Positions 47,228 to 57,621 of a DNA stretch of 64,000 bases are shown piece by piece. The stretch is from Escherichia coli (GTDB taxonomy: Bacteria > Pseudomonadota > Gammaproteobacteria > Enterobacterales > Enterobacteriaceae), in NCBI RefSeq assembly GCF_044647545.1, contig NZ_CP172818.1. One strand, written 5' to 3'. A program made the position numbers and the translations under genes. Under the pieces are notes generated by a model that saw nothing but the letters and a program-made list of their open reading frames with translations, was not told the origin of the DNA and searched no databases. Positions within the stretch are counted from its first letter, which is position 1; each line of letters starts with the position of its first letter.

Positions 47228-47345
47228 GCATTCAGATATATATCATTTCTACAAACATACCCGATTAACGGCAGAATCTCAGGATTCTGCCGCTTTTTTA
47301 TTATTTTTCAGGGGAGTAGTAATGAGCAACTCTGAAGGTTGGTAG
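47228..47345 (+). other. Remnant of a second yfjP-like GTPase gene: conserved 5' leader with hairpin plus a truncated 7-codon ORF
   Basis: 47228-47321 is about 80 percent identical to the yfjP leader 39405-39488, including the CGGCAGAA...TTCTGCCG hairpin and the RBS; ATG 47322 encodes MSNSEGW-stop. Confidence 0.7.
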
Positions 47346-47695
47346 TCATTTTAGCAAACGCTTTCTGGTCTGCCGCAGTGGGCATCGGCTGATTGCGTAG
47401 CAGGGCCACTGGTATCTGCCGGTATCACCGACATTAACATTGAAGACGACCAGGGCATTCACGTCCGCCTGATAGTTCGTGATGCCGAAGGTCGGATGGT
47501 TGGCGGGCATGGAACTTTGAACCGGACGCCGGTGAAGGTTTTAACCGCTATATCCACAGGTCAGGCATCCGCACCGACACCTTCCCCCGCTGACTCCGAA
47601 TCATTTACCAGCAACATTTCACCTTCCCAAACGCGCTTTATTACCTCATACGCCAGCCATCGCCGCTGGCGTTTTTTATTCACGGAGACATACCC

Positions 47696-48154
47696 ATGAC
47701 AACACAGACACAGTACGACCTCGTACCCGCTAACGGATCCGAATTTGAGTTGAGCGTAACGCAGGTACCCGATGAACAGCATATCCGCTTCTGGCCGCAG
47801 CACTTTGGCACCATCCCGCAGTGGATAACGCTGGAACCGCGCATTTTCGCCTGGATGGACCGCTTCTGTGATGAGTACTGCGGGGGTATCTGGTCCTTTT
47901 ACACGCTCAGCAATGGCGGAGCGTTTATGGCTCCTGATGCTGACGGTGACGATAAATGGCATTTGCTCAACGGCATGAATGGCAATGGTGCGGAAATGAG
48001 CGCGGAAGCCGCAGGTATCGCTGTCTGCCTGATTGAATATAGCCATCACGCCTGCCTCACCGAATGCGATGCCATGACGGAGCACTATTACCGCCTGCGG
48101 GATTACGCTCTGCAGCACCCTGAATCCAGCGCCATTATGCGCATTATTGATTAA
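47696..48154 (+). CDS. yfjX: YfjX, antirestriction protein (ArdB/KlcA family), 152 aa
   Basis: ORF track; translation MTTQTQYDLVPANGSEFELSVTQVPDEQHIRFWPQHFGTIPQWITLEPRIFAWMDRFCDEY... Confidence 0.88.
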   Translation: MTTQTQYDLVPANGSEFELSVTQVPDEQHIRFWPQHFGTIPQWITLEPRIFAWMDRFCDEYCGGIWSFYTLSNGGAFMAPDADGDDKWHLLNGMNGNGAEMSAEAAGIAVCLIEYSHHACLTECDAMTEHYYRLRDYALQHPESSAIMRIID

Positions 48155-48162
48155 GGATACTC

Positions 48163-48645
48163 ATGATGGAACAGTCACTCATCCCACAGACACCGGTACT
48201 TCCACTGACCGCACAACGCACGGTAAAACGCGCCTTAACGCTGCTTGACCGACACCTGCGCGAAACAGGCGTGGCATTCACCTCCACTCAGGCTGCTCGT
48301 GACTGGCTGAAGCTGAAAATGGCGGGGCTGGAGCGTGAAGAATTTATGATGCTGTATCTGAACCAGCAGAACCAGTTGATTGCCCACGAAACCCTGTTTG
48401 CCGGTTCTATTAGCAGTACCGAGGTACATCCCCGTGAGGTGGTCAAACGCGCCCTGTATTTCAATGCAGCAGCAGTGATACTGGCGCATAACCACCCCTC
48501 CGGCGACACTACTCCCAGCCAGGCAGATAAGACTATAACGCAGCGTCTGGTGCAGGCGCTTCAGCTCGTTGATATCCGTGTCCCTGACCATCTGATTGTT
48601 GGTGGCAGGCAAATCTATTCGTTCGCAGAACACGGTCTGCTTTGA
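48163..48645 (+). CDS. yfjY: YfjY, RadC-like JAB/MPN domain protein, 160 aa
   Basis: ORF track; JAMM-like motif HNHPSGDTTPSQAD. Confidence 0.88.
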   Translation: MMEQSLIPQTPVLPLTAQRTVKRALTLLDRHLRETGVAFTSTQAARDWLKLKMAGLEREEFMMLYLNQQNQLIAHETLFAGSISSTEVHPREVVKRALYFNAAAVILAHNHPSGDTTPSQADKTITQRLVQALQLVDIRVPDHLIVGGRQIYSFAEHGLL

Positions 48646-48653
48646 GGTATTAC

Positions 48654-48854
48654 ATGAGAATTATCAGTAAACGCCGGGCAATGACGATATACCGCCAGCA
48701 TCCTGAGTCCCGAATCTTTCGCTACTGCACCGGAAAATATCAGTGGCACGGTAGCGTCTGTCATTACACCGGCAGGGATGTTCCGGATATCACAGGAGTC
48801 CTGGCTGTGTACGCCGAACGCCGCAGGACCGCAGCGGACCGTATGCTTGACTGA
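48654..48854 (+). CDS. ypjJ: YpjJ, DUF987 protein (YeeT paralog), 66 aa
   Basis: ORF 48642-48854; ATG at 48654; translation MRIISKRRAMTIYRQHPESRIFRYCTGKYQWHG... Confidence 0.75.
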   Translation: MRIISKRRAMTIYRQHPESRIFRYCTGKYQWHGSVCHYTGRDVPDITGVLAVYAERRRTAADRMLD

Positions 48855-48891
48855 TGAGTATCACCCTGAACTGACAATAAAGAGGTTATGA

Positions 48892-49209
48892 ATGAGCAAC
48901 ACCACATGGGGCCTGCAGCGAGATATCACGCCGCGCCTGGGAGCACGTCTGGTGCAGGAGGGCAACCAGCTGCACTATCTGGCTGACCGGGCCAGTATCA
49001 CCGGTAAGTTTAGTGACGCCGAATGTCCTAAGCTGGATGTGGTATTTCCACATTTTATCAGCCAGATAGAGTCGATGCTGACCACTGGTGAACTGAATCC
49101 CCGCCATGCCCAATGCGTCACCCTGTACCACAACGGTTTTACCTGCGAAGCCGATACTCTTGGTAGTTGCGGCTACGTATACATCGCTGTTTACCCCACT
49201 CAACGCTAA
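48892..49209 (+). CDS. yfjZ: YfjZ, CbeA-family type IV antitoxin, 105 aa
   Basis: ORF track; translation [58 protein letters not shown]... Confidence 0.88.
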   Translation: MSNTTWGLQRDITPRLGARLVQEGNQLHYLADRASITGKFSDAECPKLDVVFPHFISQIESMLTTGELNPRHAQCVTLYHNGFTCEADTLGSCGYVYIAVYPTQR

Positions 49210-49229
49210 CTAATTTCACGAGAGCAAGC

Positions 49230-49559
49230 ATGAACACTCTACCTGCTACAATTTCGCAGGCGGCGAAGCCCTGCCTGTCGCCAGTGGCTGTCTGGCAAAT
49301 GCTACTGACACGCCTGCTGGAACAACACTATGGCCTGACACTGAACGACACGCCGTTCAGTGATGAAACTGTTATTAAGGAACATATCGATGCTGGTATC
49401 ACTCTGGCCGATGCAGTCAATTTTCTGGTGGAAAAGTACGAACTGGTACGTATCGATCACAGAGGATTTTCGTGGCAACAACAGTCTCCATATATTTCCG
49501 TAGTAGATATTCTGCGAGCAAGGCGCTCTACCGGCTTGCTAAAAACTAATGTGAAATAA
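49230..49559 (+). CDS. ypjF: YpjF, CbtA-family type IV toxin (cytoskeleton-targeting), 109 aa
   Basis: In-frame ATG 49230 within ORF 49167-49559; translation [57 protein letters not shown]... Confidence 0.85.
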   Translation: MNTLPATISQAAKPCLSPVAVWQMLLTRLLEQHYGLTLNDTPFSDETVIKEHIDAGITLADAVNFLVEKYELVRIDHRGFSWQQQSPYISVVDILRARRSTGLLKTNVK

Positions 49560-49740
49560 ACGCTTAAATACAGAGCAGACTGAAGGAAAGCAAAATGCTA
49601 ATCTCATAGACGAAGAGACTCCCGCTGTAACCTCCCCTCCCCCGAAAAAACCTGACATTTTCTTTTAGGACCAACAATGGGACCAAAATGAAAATTGAAC
49701 TGAAGATTACAATCAATTTAACAACAAGTTACACAACCAA

Positions 49741-49764
49741 TTCAACTCCCGCCAGCTCCACCAA
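49741..49764. repeat. attR: 24-bp direct repeat identical to the ssrA 3' end
   Basis: TTCAACTCCCGCCAGCTCCACCAA, exact match to 27712-27735. Confidence 0.9.
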
Positions 49765-49923
49765 TCATGATTGGACGGTGTAAGGACAACACCAATAAAA
49801 ACAGGAAGTTAGCAGTCTCAGCAGGACACCGACCAGACGGTGAGGAGACAAAAAAGGATACGCAAAGGAGCCGCGGCCCCTGGTGATATGAAAGCCCACA
49901 GATGTGGGCTTTTTCGTTGATGG

Positions 49924-52900
49924 TCAGAACGACCAGTTCACACCAGCCACTGCGTTCCACGGGGATTCCACACCGGCACCATGGCTATACCCCACCCCGA
50001 GATGCCCGCTTAACGAACTGCTGAATGAGGCTTTAATACCTGCCTGGTATATTCCACGTCTGCCCGACAAATCATTGACAAAATTACCGTCATTATTCAC
50101 TTTCACCCGGTTATCATCGACAAATTCTTTGCGCACAGCCGCCTTCAGCCACGGCTCAACTTCCATGCCGTTCCCCAGACGCATGTTGTAACTCAGCGTT
50201 GCGCCCAGTTCACGATATATACTGCGGGTATCGACTGATTTCGATTCCATGCCATTGGATAAATGATATTCGGGGTTATCAGCGGTGAACCCCGTTAACG
50301 ATGCATACGGCGTCAGGTTCCAGTTACCATCGGTAAATCGCATCCCGGTTTCAATGTGACCACCCAGCCCGTTGCTGCGATAACTGCCGTTGGCGGCTCC
50401 ACCGCTGCTCATTTTACCGGCTACGTTACTTTCAAAGCGGTTCAGCTTCACGATACCGTCCAGATAGAAACCACTTTCATGTTCCCAGCTGGCATAGCCC
50501 CCCAGAGAATAACTGCCCACACTGCCATGTCCTCCACGATCAAAACCGATATGTGAATGGGAATAACCCATAAAAGCGCCCAGCGTCGCAATCCCCTCAG
50601 GAATATCATTACGGCTATCGATCCCCACCGTCATTCCGGTCAGCGTCTGCTCAAACCCGGCACCCGCATCGGTGGTGACATTATTACGGGTGTTATACGT
50701 CGTCCCCCAGACATTATTGTTGTGTGGACTCGCTTTCATTATGTTCAACCGCTCGCGAATACTGTTTAGCTCAGCATCAAAGACCAACGGTAATGTTGCT
50801 GCCATATTGAGTACGGCTGCCGTAGAAGGCGTGATGCGTTTCTCCGGGACGGGTGTCGGCGTTGGATCGGGAGTCGGGTCTGGTTTCGGATCCGGTTTTG
50901 GGTCTGGTTTTGGATCCGGCTTCGGATTTGGGTTGGGGTCCGGGTTGGGTTTGACATCATTGGTCAGGTTCCAGTTGCTGTTGCCGTCGCTTTTCAGGAC
51001 ATACTCATAGGTCCCAAGATCAACGAAACCGCCGGTATTACCCAGCGTAAACGAAGCATCCCCTCCCCCTGTTTTCACCAGCGTCATCGCGTCGTCAGAC
51101 TGAGGGCTGACGCCGGTATCCTGAACAAAGATTTTAAAATTACCAGTGGCGTTGTTGTTGACGACCAGTTGATCGCCCCGGGAGCCTGCAACGTTGGTAT
51201 GCAGGTAGAAATTACCGCTGCCGGAAAGTTCACTGGTTGTCAGCGTATTGTAGATACCGTTAGTTGTGGCAGGCGCTGCTGTTTGTGCTGATAAATAAAC
51301 ATCACCGTCGTTGAGGAGCAAACTGTTTACTCTATATTCGCAGTTGCTGGTACCTGCACAGGAATTATTGCTGTTAAGCCAGACACTGCCCCGGCTGGCA
51401 GCCGTCAGGTCGGTAAGCGTCGTATCGACGCCATTTCCGATAGTTAATGTCGCGCTATCGGTAATCCGGATCGCCCCTTCGAGTTTAACTGGCGTAACAT
51501 TATCCCGTGGCGTCATTAACGACAGGCTTCCTGTCGCGCCACTGACCGATGCATCCGCCAGCGTACCTGCATAGACGATTGCCGTCCCGCCAGCGACCTG
51601 GAGATCTTCTGCCCGGGCCAGAGCCTGAAACTCATCTTTTGACCGCCCAAGGGTATATTGCCCGCCAGAGTTAACCTTTGTGGCGGAGTCCTGACCCAGG
51701 TTTTGCATTGCACCACCCTTGCCAACCTTGGAGTCACGGGCTTCGGTACCTGCTAATACCAATAAATTACCGCCATTTTCCAGCAACATATTGGTCGCTA
51801 AATTGCCGGCAATGGAAAAGGTACCGTACTGGTGAGTACCGCTGATTTCAATACCGTTAGCCGTGCTCGTATGGAGAGCGGCACCGCTGTTCTGGATGAT
51901 ATCTGTCGCTTTGCCATTATCGTTGACTGTCAGCGTACCGCCTTCATTAATCGTTGTTTTTACTGCCTCACCGTTAGCCGAAACTGTTTGTATTCCGCCG
52001 TCGTTAATCGTTGTCTCATTCGCCACCCCCTCGACGATTTGTTCGCCGCCGGTGAGCGTCGTGCCTGTCGCAGTGGCTTTTGTTTTGACGATCTCCCGCC
52101 CGCCCGCATTGACCTGTGTTTTGGCGGAAGTGGTGTCTGACTCCACGGTTAACACGCCGCCATTTGCCAGCAGGATATTGTTCGCCGCACCCTGCTCGAT
52201 GCTGAACGCGACGCCATCAGCGCGTGTCCCTGTGACCCGCGTCGCTCTGGTGGTTGCAACCAACGCGCCCTGGCTACTTTGCTGTATCCCCGTTGCGCTG
52301 CCTTTCTCCCGCACATCGAGAGTGCCGCCGTCATTAAGCACCGAGTTTTCAGCCAGACCGCCCTCATTAACTACCTGTGAACCGCCATTAATAATGGAAC
52401 CTTCCGCTGTCCCGTTTACCATAATTTGTTGTAGGCCAGAGACGATATCGGTATTGATCGCCTTACCATAATTCTGAACGGTTTGCGTGCCGCCTTTGAT
52501 GTGCGTTTTATCTGTTGACCCACCATCAACAATTTGTTCACCACTTTCGATATTTGCCTCAGTGGCTAAACCATATACCGTTTGCTTGCCACCTTTGATA
52601 TTTGCTTTTTCAGAAGTGGCACTGGCATATATTGTTTGGGTACCCGCACTATTAAGTACAGTACCAACATCTTTTCCATAAACATCCATTTTGCCGTTGG
52701 CATTAATAATCGTGTCAACTGCCCGGGAACCAGTGACGACTGTTAATGAGCCAGCGTTTTCCAGCACTACATTTTTAGCTTCTGAATTCCTGATGTAGAA
52801 AGCATCACCATAACTGTTGGTTCCTTCGATAAGTGTTCCGGAGGTCGTGGAAGCAATTAATGCGCCGCCGGATTGTTGCTCAACATGCTTAGCCTCACCA

Positions 52901-54501
52901 CCGTCCTGAACCTCCAGAACGCCGCCATTATTAAGTCTGGTGCTATCTGTTTTAGCCTCCTTCTGGACAATCAGCTTACCGCCAGCATCAATGGTAGTAT
53001 TTTTCGCCGAGGTTTTAGCCACTACCGTCAGTTCGCCGGTATTTTCCAGCACAACATAATTAGCCTCCCCTCCGATAATAGTGAAGCGAGAGAGCTTGTT
53101 GTATCCTTCGATATCAGTCCCTGCGCCCGTGTTGGCAACTAAAGCACTGCCCGTCTCCTGGTTAACCCCATGTGCAATACCGCCGGTATAGACAATCAGC
53201 GAGCCTCCAGCGCTAATATTGCTGCCAGTTGCCGTACCATCTTTCTCAACAATCTGCCGGCTCCCGGAGGATATATTTGTCGTGTCAGCTTTCCCGCCGC
53301 TCTTGATATTTTGCGTTCCACTGTTGATATTGGTGCCAGTGGCAATACCATGATTATTAATATTCTGTGTACCACCATTGATTATGGTATTGGTCGCGTT
53401 TCCGGCGACATCCATAACCCCGCCATTATCTATTCGGGTCGCATCAGCTTTAGCATTCGTTAAAACTGACATTGTTCCTTTATCTTTAATTATCGTCCTG
53501 GTTGCCGAACCATATACGTCTAAATGACCACCATTTTCCAGCAACACATTGTCTGCCACGTTATTGTGGATGGAGAATGCCCCTTCACTATTCGTACCGC
53601 TCACCGTCAAATCGTAAGTCGTTACTTTTAAAGCGGCTCCATCGTGCTGAGTAACATTTGTTGCCATACCACCTCTAACATCAAGCACGCCACCGGAATA
53701 AATTTCAATAACATCCGAGGTGCTGGTGTAATCAACAATTTGCGTACCACCAGAATAGATCTGCGTATTTTTTGCCGTTGAATTACTATTCAGAGACTGA
53801 GTTCCGCCTTCAATCGTAGTGTCCAGCGCACGGCTCTCATATACTCTTTGCTCACCGCCATTTTTGATGGTGGTTGTTTCTACTGTGCTCTGTTCAACAT
53901 ACTGTCGACCACCATTTATGGTTGTGTTCGTTGCCAGACTTCCTTGTACTACGTCCTGAGAGCCAGACTTATTTATCGTTGTACTGTCGACATGCCCCTG
54001 AGTTGTTACTCGTTGGCTGCCACCATCAATGATTGTTCCATTCGCAGTCCCCCCACTTATGTGTGAATTACCCCCCTTAATTGTCGTTCCATTGCTGATA
54101 CCACCTGTATAAACGTCCTGATTGCCACTCTCGATTATTGTACCTGTGGAAATACCCCCGTCATGAATTGTCTGTCTGCCCCCGTTAATGGTTGTATTAT
54201 TAGCCTGCCCCACATAATTGTTATGACGTCCTATATCTTGATATCCACCAGATTCAATAAGACTTTCATTAGATATCCCACCATAAACATTCTGCTGGCC
54301 ATGGTTGATAATATGAGTGTTATTTGTTGTACCTCGTTCATCTACTTTTTGGCTGCCATCTACAGTCTCATCGTTTACCACACCAATAACATCAGGAGTG
54401 AAGGCCGCCATCCCGGGCGGGGCATATATCAAGGCAGATATCAATAAGGAAAGTACTGAGCGGCGACAATAATGGAGATTGGTCCTGTTCATAAATTTCA
54501 T
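49924..54501 (-). CDS. ypjA: YpjA, AIDA/adhesin-like autotransporter (about 1520 aa; start ambiguous among 54492, 54501, 54621)
   Basis: ORF 49924-54621; extended signal peptide, long repetitive beta-helix-like passenger (GG/NxT-rich repeats), Pro-rich PDPK linker, C-terminal beta-barrel ending in an aromatic residue (WSF). Confidence 0.9.
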   Translation of the reverse strand: MKFMNRTNLHYCRRSVLSLLISALIYAPPGMAAFTPDVIGVVNDETVDGSQKVDERGTTNNTHIINHGQQNVYGGISNESLIESGGYQDIGRHNNYVGQANNTTINGGRQTIHDGGISTGTIIESGNQDVYTGGISNGTTIKGGNSHISGGTANGTIIDGGSQRVTTQGHVDSTTINKSGSQDVVQGSLATNTTINGGRQYVEQSTVETTTIKNGGEQRVYESRALDTTIEGGTQSLNSNSTAKNTQIYSGGTQIVDYTSTSDVIEIYSGGVLDVRGGMATNVTQHDGAALKVTTYDLTVSGTNSEGAFSIHNNVADNVLLENGGHLDVYGSATRTIIKDKGTMSVLTNAKADATRIDNGGVMDVAGNATNTIINGGTQNINNHGIATGTNINSGTQNIKSGGKADTTNISSGSRQIVEKDGTATGSNISAGGSLIVYTGGIAHGVNQETGSALVANTGAGTDIEGYNKLSRFTIIGGEANYVVLENTGELTVVAKTSAKNTTIDAGGKLIVQKEAKTDSTRLNNGGVLEVQDGGEAKHVEQQSGGALIASTTSGTLIEGTNSYGDAFYIRNSEAKNVVLENAGSLTVVTGSRAVDTIINANGKMDVYGKDVGTVLNSAGTQTIYASATSEKANIKGGKQTVYGLATEANIESGEQIVDGGSTDKTHIKGGTQTVQNYGKAINTDIVSGLQQIMVNGTAEGSIINGGSQVVNEGGLAENSVLNDGGTLDVREKGSATGIQQSSQGALVATTRATRVTGTRADGVAFSIEQGAANNILLANGGVLTVESDTTSAKTQVNAGGREIVKTKATATGTTLTGGEQIVEGVANETTINDGGIQTVSANGEAVKTTINEGGTLTVNDNGKATDIIQNSGAALHTSTANGIEISGTHQYGTFSIAGNLATNMLLENGGNLLVLAGTEARDSKVGKGGAMQNLGQDSATKVNSGGQYTLGRSKDEFQALARAEDLQVAGGTAIVYAGTLADASVSGATGSLSLMTPRDNVTPVKLEGAIRITDSATLTIGNGVDTTLTDLTAASRGSVWLNSNNSCAGTSNCEYRVNSLLLNDGDVYLSAQTAAPATTNGIYNTLTTSELSGSGNFYLHTNVAGSRGDQLVVNNNATGNFKIFVQDTGVSPQSDDAMTLVKTGGGDASFTLGNTGGFVDLGTYEYVLKSDGNSNWNLTNDVKPNPDPNPNPKPDPKPDPKPDPKPDPTPDPTPTPVPEKRITPSTAAVLNMAATLPLVFDAELNSIRERLNIMKASPHNNNVWGTTYNTRNNVTTDAGAGFEQTLTGMTVGIDSRNDIPEGIATLGAFMGYSHSHIGFDRGGHGSVGSYSLGGYASWEHESGFYLDGIVKLNRFESNVAGKMSSGGAANGSYRSNGLGGHIETGMRFTDGNWNLTPYASLTGFTADNPEYHLSNGMESKSVDTRSIYRELGATLSYNMRLGNGMEVEPWLKAAVRKEFVDDNRVKVNNDGNFVNDLSGRRGIYQAGIKASFSSSLSGHLGVGYSHGAGVESPWNAVAGVNWSF

Positions 54502-54830
54502 CCTCTGAAAAGTGAATACTGAGTAGCGTTTAAGCGACCTTAGCTTTGCTGCAACATCAGCCCACAGGCACCAGACCAGGGGATTCATCCTGAAGAGACA
54601 GCGCAAGTGTATTGTGTTCACCGCTCATCAAAGACATCATGATGAAATGATGATATTCCGCATAAGAATGAGGCATTTTTTAAACGCAGTGCGCTGAAGT
54701 GTGGTTGGATAAAAAAGTCAATCTATTCAGGAAACACGGACGTATTCTTTTCTTTCGACAATCAGGCAGTCGGCAAAATAAAATGATTTACATAATCGTT
54801 TCTGATGAATATCTTCTGCTCACATAAAAA

Positions 54831-55097
54831 TCACACAATAACTCTGAGATCGCAGATTGTTTTACTTTTACAGCTTCCGTCCCCCCATTGTTGGGCAAAT
54901 ATAGATTGGGCCAGAGCACGAAAGTTAATACCACGTTTGCACAGCTCCTCCAACAGCACGACAAGATGCCACATACTGCGCCCCAGTCGGTTCAGTTTAC
55001 AGACTAGCAGTGCGTCCCCTACCGATAATGTCCTGAGCCGTTTGTTCTGTCCGGGCCTGCTGCCACGGTTATGCGCTGCAGTGGTAACTCTAAGCAC
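54831..55097 (-). pseudogene. pinH: Serine invertase (Pin/Hin family) fragment
   Basis: 88-aa ORF with ...GDALLVCKLNRLGRSMWHLVVLLEELCKRGINFRAL..., resembling the middle of Pin-type recombinases; lacks the N-terminal catalytic Ser region and the C-terminal HTH. Confidence 0.7.
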
Positions 55098-55426
55098 GCA
55101 GTTATTCAGTCAGGCGTGGTGCACCGTAACGCTGGTATTGCTGGGTAAGATCAAAAAACTTTCAAGCAGCTAAGGAAAGTTGAACCAGACATTAGATGAA
55201 ATATTTCAACCAATTACAGCACCAGTTCAGACACCGCCAACTCATCAAATAAATCAAGGGGTTACGTGAAAGCGCAGCCCCTTTTACTTTGGTAGTGGCA
55301 GCAAAAGGGTTGTAGTGTAAAGGATAATTCCGTTTAATCAGCCAACAATATATATTATTTCAATCTACGTTATTATCTCTTTTAAAAATAGCCATTTATT
55401 TATCATTGAAAACTGCTTTTAGAACT

Positions 55427-56865
55427 TTATACAAGGGGACTATTCTCCACGGGATCATCCTTAGTGGAAGGATCATCAAAGTCATCATCCATAAATAAAA
55501 TATCATCGAATGGTGCCACGCCCGTGATGAGTTTTATTTTTTTATTACGATCAGACAAGACTCCACTTAAACCGTTTTCGCTGACGCGTTCTAATGATTT
55601 TTCATAACTCTCATTGTTAGCAGGCGTATTAAAAATACACGGAGTATCAACATCAAACAATGACGTCCCCCAGTTCACATATTTAATATCATAGTTACTG
55701 AAGTTCTGTCCAGAAAAGAAGCACCCCTTAAAGTCCAATCCACCTAAATTGTATAAACAACCCTCTTCTTTTGGGAGAGTAATTTTAATTCTGGCTATCT
55801 CCCAGACAAAATTGCCATTTTTGTATTTGAATACCGTTTCAAGATCTCCTCCAGACAGCTTGACTTCTGGAAATAATTTGAAATTAAACCCTACATTATT
55901 ATGTGTCAACGTAGATGAACAAAAGATGGAAAAAGCTTGCAGTGCTGAATTATAGCTATCGATTTTATCTTGAGGCTGCGCTCTTGGTAAAAACTTATAG
56001 CAACACTCATAAAAATTAAGTAGAAACTCTGATGACCTTCCATTTTTATCAAATAATACCCGCTGAAAATGCTGCACAAACTTATTCGTTTTTTCTTGAA
56101 TATCTACGGTGTGTTCCTTTGACTCTGACAAAGATGGAGCCTGTTGAAGTGCATTGCTCATCTGGTTAATGAACATGTGCATTTCTTTAAATTTATCTCC
56201 ATAGTGACCTTTAACTTGCTGCGAGTTTTTAGCTACAGGTGAAATCTTATCTATTTGGTTGTCATATAAATTATGTGATTCCATACAGTCATTTGGCGGC
56301 GTTTCTGAAATAACACTACGTGTTCTACCTGGCTGAAGTGAAGCAACATGAAAATCACTTTTTATTATATTATCGAAAAGGGCCTGTTCATTTTTTTAGC
56401 GGATTGAACATACTGATCAATATTATTTTCTCTCGATAATTTGTTATTTTCAGAAAACACATTTTCTTTAATCTCCGGTTTTAATTTAATGAGAAGATTT
56501 TCCCACTCCTGCTTGCTTAAACATACTACGTCAGGCTCACCATCAGTAACTAACTCTTCATTATTATCAAAGTGTACGTTGAATACTTTTAAGTTATTTT
56601 CATCAACATCATATTTAATACGTTTTAATTGTTCTCCAGCTCCCATAATGACAAAGGCGTTGCCTTCTTGATATATACATTCAGACATTATTTTTTGTAA
56701 AGTTTCAAGAGCACCGCGATACATCCCTGAGGCAGCTTCCTTACAAATTAAATTTATAATACTATAAGCTAGTAGCTCCATGGGGTTGGAAGAATTGTTT
56801 TCATTACAACTTCCACTACCCAAAACTGTATTAACGTTATGACCATTACTTTTACTAACTAACAT
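55427..56865 (-). pseudogene. ypjC: AT-rich hypothetical gene split by a frameshift into 166-aa and 285-aa ORFs (ypjC-like; symbol uncertain)
   Basis: ORFs 56365-56865 and 55427-56284 are collinear on the minus strand in different frames, separated by about 80 nt containing a T7 homopolymer (56391-56397). Confidence 0.65.
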
Positions 56866-57621
56866 TGTCTATTCCTCAGTTAATGTCTACATGGCTATGT
56901 TTAACGTTATTACTGTTTGTCATTATAAAAAACCGCTCATTTGAGACAATTGCTGACATTAACTGTTTCACTTGCTACGCATGGACTTTTTAATTAAATT
57001 AGCACAAGAATGTTAAATTTAATAAACAAAAAGTTATTTCGCTGTATGATAAAAACCAACCGTTATGATTTATTAGTGGAATTCGTTTTTCGAGTGTTAG
57101 AAATTTATATCTAAATAGCGTTAATTAATGAGCAAAGCCAGACTCCTGTAACGCTCATAAGACTCATCTGCCTGCGACGGGTGGTCTGGTCAGTAGTAGA
57201 TGTTTAAGGCGTGGCAGAGACATTTCATCCTTACTCTACGGCATTGGTCCACATACAAATCGTGGTTGTGACACTTCACTTATCATCAGTGAGCGAACAG
57301 AGAATAGTTCAGTGATTTGAGTAATTAACCTGATTAAATGAAAAGGCATGATAAATGATAATACTCTGGCTTTATCGTTAATTACTTAATTCCACATGTA
57401 AGCAATTTGCCCGCTTGGCATAGCGGGCATTTTTTCCAGGTACTTTTGAATGAGTACTGATGGATAAATACATTGCAGTGGCGTGCCACGTACCAAAACA
57501 CCAGCCCTCATTCGAAACCACCTACCGCACTGCTTCTTTAAAATGGCGTTAGTCGTGAAATATTGACCGCCATCGAGTCCCCCTTGTAACCTTAACTCTT
57601 CCTGATACATGAATGATGATT

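Larger units (their letters stand above)
27712..49764. mobile_element. CP4-57-like cryptic prophage / integrative island inserted at ssrA (about 22 kb)
   Basis: 24-bp direct repeats at both ends; P4-type tyrosine integrase next to attL; AlpA regulator; cargo genes with atypical AT-rich composition. Confidence 0.9.

Noticed and set aside
47561-48118. Minus-strand 185-aa ORF
   Set aside because: It is antisense to yfjX, which has clear antirestriction-family sequence and an RBS.
50672-51010. Gly/Ser/Phe-rich 112-aa plus-strand ORF (GSGFGSGFGSGFG)
   Set aside because: It is the antisense translation of the Pro/Asp/Lys-rich linker repeat of ypjA, an artefact of the tandem repeat.
54805-55173. 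Plus-strand 122-aa ORF overlapping the invertase fragment
   Set aside because: Antisense to the Pin-like fragment; no recognisable features.
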